The notes below the pieces were generated by a model that ran no database searches, was not told the origin of the DNA, and saw only the letters and a program-made list of their open reading frames with translations. A program made the position numbers and the translations under genes. Shown in pieces: positions 62,468 through 64,000 of a stretch of DNA of 64,000 nt; position 1 is the stretch's first letter, and the number at the start of each line of letters is the position of its first letter. The DNA lies in NCBI GenBank assembly GCA_963738425.1, contig CAVTWT010000022.1:2680-66679 (forward strand), read 5' to 3'. This DNA comes from an uncultured beta proteobacterium (GTDB lineage Bacteria > Pseudomonadota > Gammaproteobacteria > Burkholderiales > Burkholderiaceae_C).

Positions 62468-63403
62468 TCACAAAGCCTTGACGAGTTCCGGCACCGCCGT
62501 GAACAGGTCGGCCTCCAGGCCGTAGTCGGCGATCGCTGAAGATCGGCGCCTCGGCGTCCTTGTTGATCGCCACGATGACCTTGCTGTCCTTCATCCCGGC
62601 CAGATGCTGGATCGCGCCGCTGATGCCGGCGGCGATGTAGAGCTGCGGCGCGACGATCTTGCCGGTCTGGCCGACCTGCCAGTCGTTCGGGGCGTAGCCG
62701 GCATCGACCGCGGCGCGGCTGGCACCGAGCGCAGCGCCGAGCTTGTCGGCCAGCGGCGTCAGCACTTCATTGAACTTGTCGCTGCTGCCCAGCGCGCGGC
62801 CGCCGCTGACGATGATCTTGGCGGCGGTGAGTTCGGGCCGGTCGAGCTTGGCGATCTCGGAGCCGACGAAGGACGATGTGCCGCTGTCGGCCACGGCGTC
62901 GATCTTCTCGACCGCCGCGCTGCTACCGCTGTTGGCCGCCGGATCGAAGCCGGTGGTGCGCACGGTGATGACCTTGATCGCATCGCTGCTCTGCACCGTG
63001 GCGATCGCGTTGCCGGCGTAGATCGGGCGCTCGAAGGTGTCGGCGCTGATGATCTTCATGGCGTCGCTGATCTGCGCCACGTCGAGCAGCGCGGCCACGC
63101 GCGGCGCGACGTTCTTGCCATGCGCGGTGGCCGGGAACAGCAGGTGGCTGTAGTTCCTGGCGATGGCCAGCACCTGCGCGGCGATGTTCTCGGCCAGTTG
63201 CTCGGCCAGGCTGGCGCCGTCGGCGTGCAGCACCTTGGCCACGCCGGCGATCTGCGCGGCGGCTTGCGCCGCGCCGGCGGCGTTGTGGCCGGCGATCAGC
63301 ACATGCACGTCGCCGCCGCACTGTGACTGGCTGCGGTGACGGTGTTGAGGGTCGCACCTTTCAAGGTGCCGTGGTCGTGTTCGGCAATGACGAGGACGCT
63401 CAT
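62468..63403 (-). pseudogene. etfA: electron transfer flavoprotein alpha subunit, two frame disruptions
   Basis: The true N-terminus MSVLVIAEHDHGTLKGATLNTVTAAS... starts at 63403, and the frame breaks near 63318-63328. The C-terminus ...[20 protein letters not shown] lies in another frame after a break near 62531-62537. Confidence 0.9.
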
Positions 63404-63404
63404 G

Positions 63405-64000
63405 TCAGATCACCTTCGCTTCGTTCTTGAGTTTGGCGACCAGCGTGGCCACGTCGGGCACCTTGATGCCGGCGCCGCGCTTGGGCGGCTCGGTGACCTT
63501 CAGCGTCTTGATGCGCGGCGTGACATCGACGCCGAGGTCGGCGGGCTTGAAGACTTCGAGCTGCTTCTTCTTGGCCTTCATGATGTTGGGCAGCGTGACG
63601 TAGCGCGGCTCGTTCAGGCGCAGGTCGGTGGTGATGACCGCCGGCAGTGTAGAGCTTGACGGTTTCCAGGCCGCCGTCGACTTCGCGGGTGACGCTGACC
63701 TTGCCCTCGGCCGACTTCGACCTTGGAGGCGAAGGTGCCCTGCGGCAGGTTGGCCAGGGCGGCGAGCATCTGGCCGGTCTGGTTGCAGTCGTCGTCGATG
63801 GCCTGCTTGCCGAGGATGATCAGGCCGGGCTGCTCTTTGTCGACCAGGGCCTTGAGCAGCTTGGCGACGGCCAGCGGCTGCAGCTCGTCGGCGCACTCGA
63901 CATGGATCGCGCGGTCGGCGCCGATCGCCATCGCGGTGCGCAGGGTTTCCTGGCATTGGTCGACGCCGCAGGACACGGCGATGACTTCGGTGGCCGCGCC
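63405..64000 (-). pseudogene. etfB: electron transfer flavoprotein beta subunit (partial at window edge), two frame disruptions
   Basis: Three frames each carry a conserved piece: ...[15 protein letters not shown] | [20 protein letters not shown] | [28 protein letters not shown]... The breaks are near 63708-63716 and 63644-63654. Confidence 0.9.

Overview
High-GC (by eye about two-thirds G+C, not computed) chromosomal core region with Burkholderiales-type betaproteobacterial synteny. It is almost entirely housekeeping genes, and about 90% of them lie on the minus strand.

Gene order, left to right:
- rplI-rpsR-priB-rpsF, then ppsA/ppsR.
- The long envelope and translation supercluster: trmH-like, rnhB, lpxB, lpxA, fabZ, lpxD, skp, bamA, rseP, dxr, cdsA, uppS, frr, pyrH, tsf, rpsB.
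- A small plus-strand block: amidase, DadA-like oxidoreductase, nnr.
- rnr, tRNA-Leu(CAG), a PRTase, then purA-hisZ-DUF2065-hflC-hflK-hflX-hfq-der-bamB-yfgM-hisS-ispG-rodZ-pilW-rlmN-ndk.
- rluB-scpB, rluD/bamD, a DinG-like helicase, DUF465, an orphan PP2C phosphatase and zapE.
- lpdA-sucB-sucA, and finally nitronate monooxygenase, acyl-CoA dehydrogenase, etfA, etfB.

I see no prophage, IS element, CRISPR array, toxin-antitoxin pair or recognisable defence island, and I cannot honestly nominate a novel multi-gene system.

The observations most worth a second look:
1. A 75-80 nt structured REP-like intergenic repeat is present in five copies, each wedged exactly between co-directional essential genes. 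Two copies carry compensatory base changes in one stem.
2. There are nine frame disruptions in otherwise perfectly conserved core genes: frr, lpdA x3, acyl-CoA dehydrogenase, etfA x2, etfB x2. Eight of them fall in the last 10.6 kb, and they are mostly 1-2 nt insertions. Assembly error is the most likely cause, but real pseudogenisation would be notable.
3. RluB is 698 aa, with disordered arms, a triple [12 protein letters not shown] repeat and an RGG tail.
4. The 190-nt sucA leader is a candidate for the Burkholderiales sucA RNA motif.

Many long ORFs in the six-frame track are antisense shadow ORFs typical of high-GC DNA, and I rejected them.
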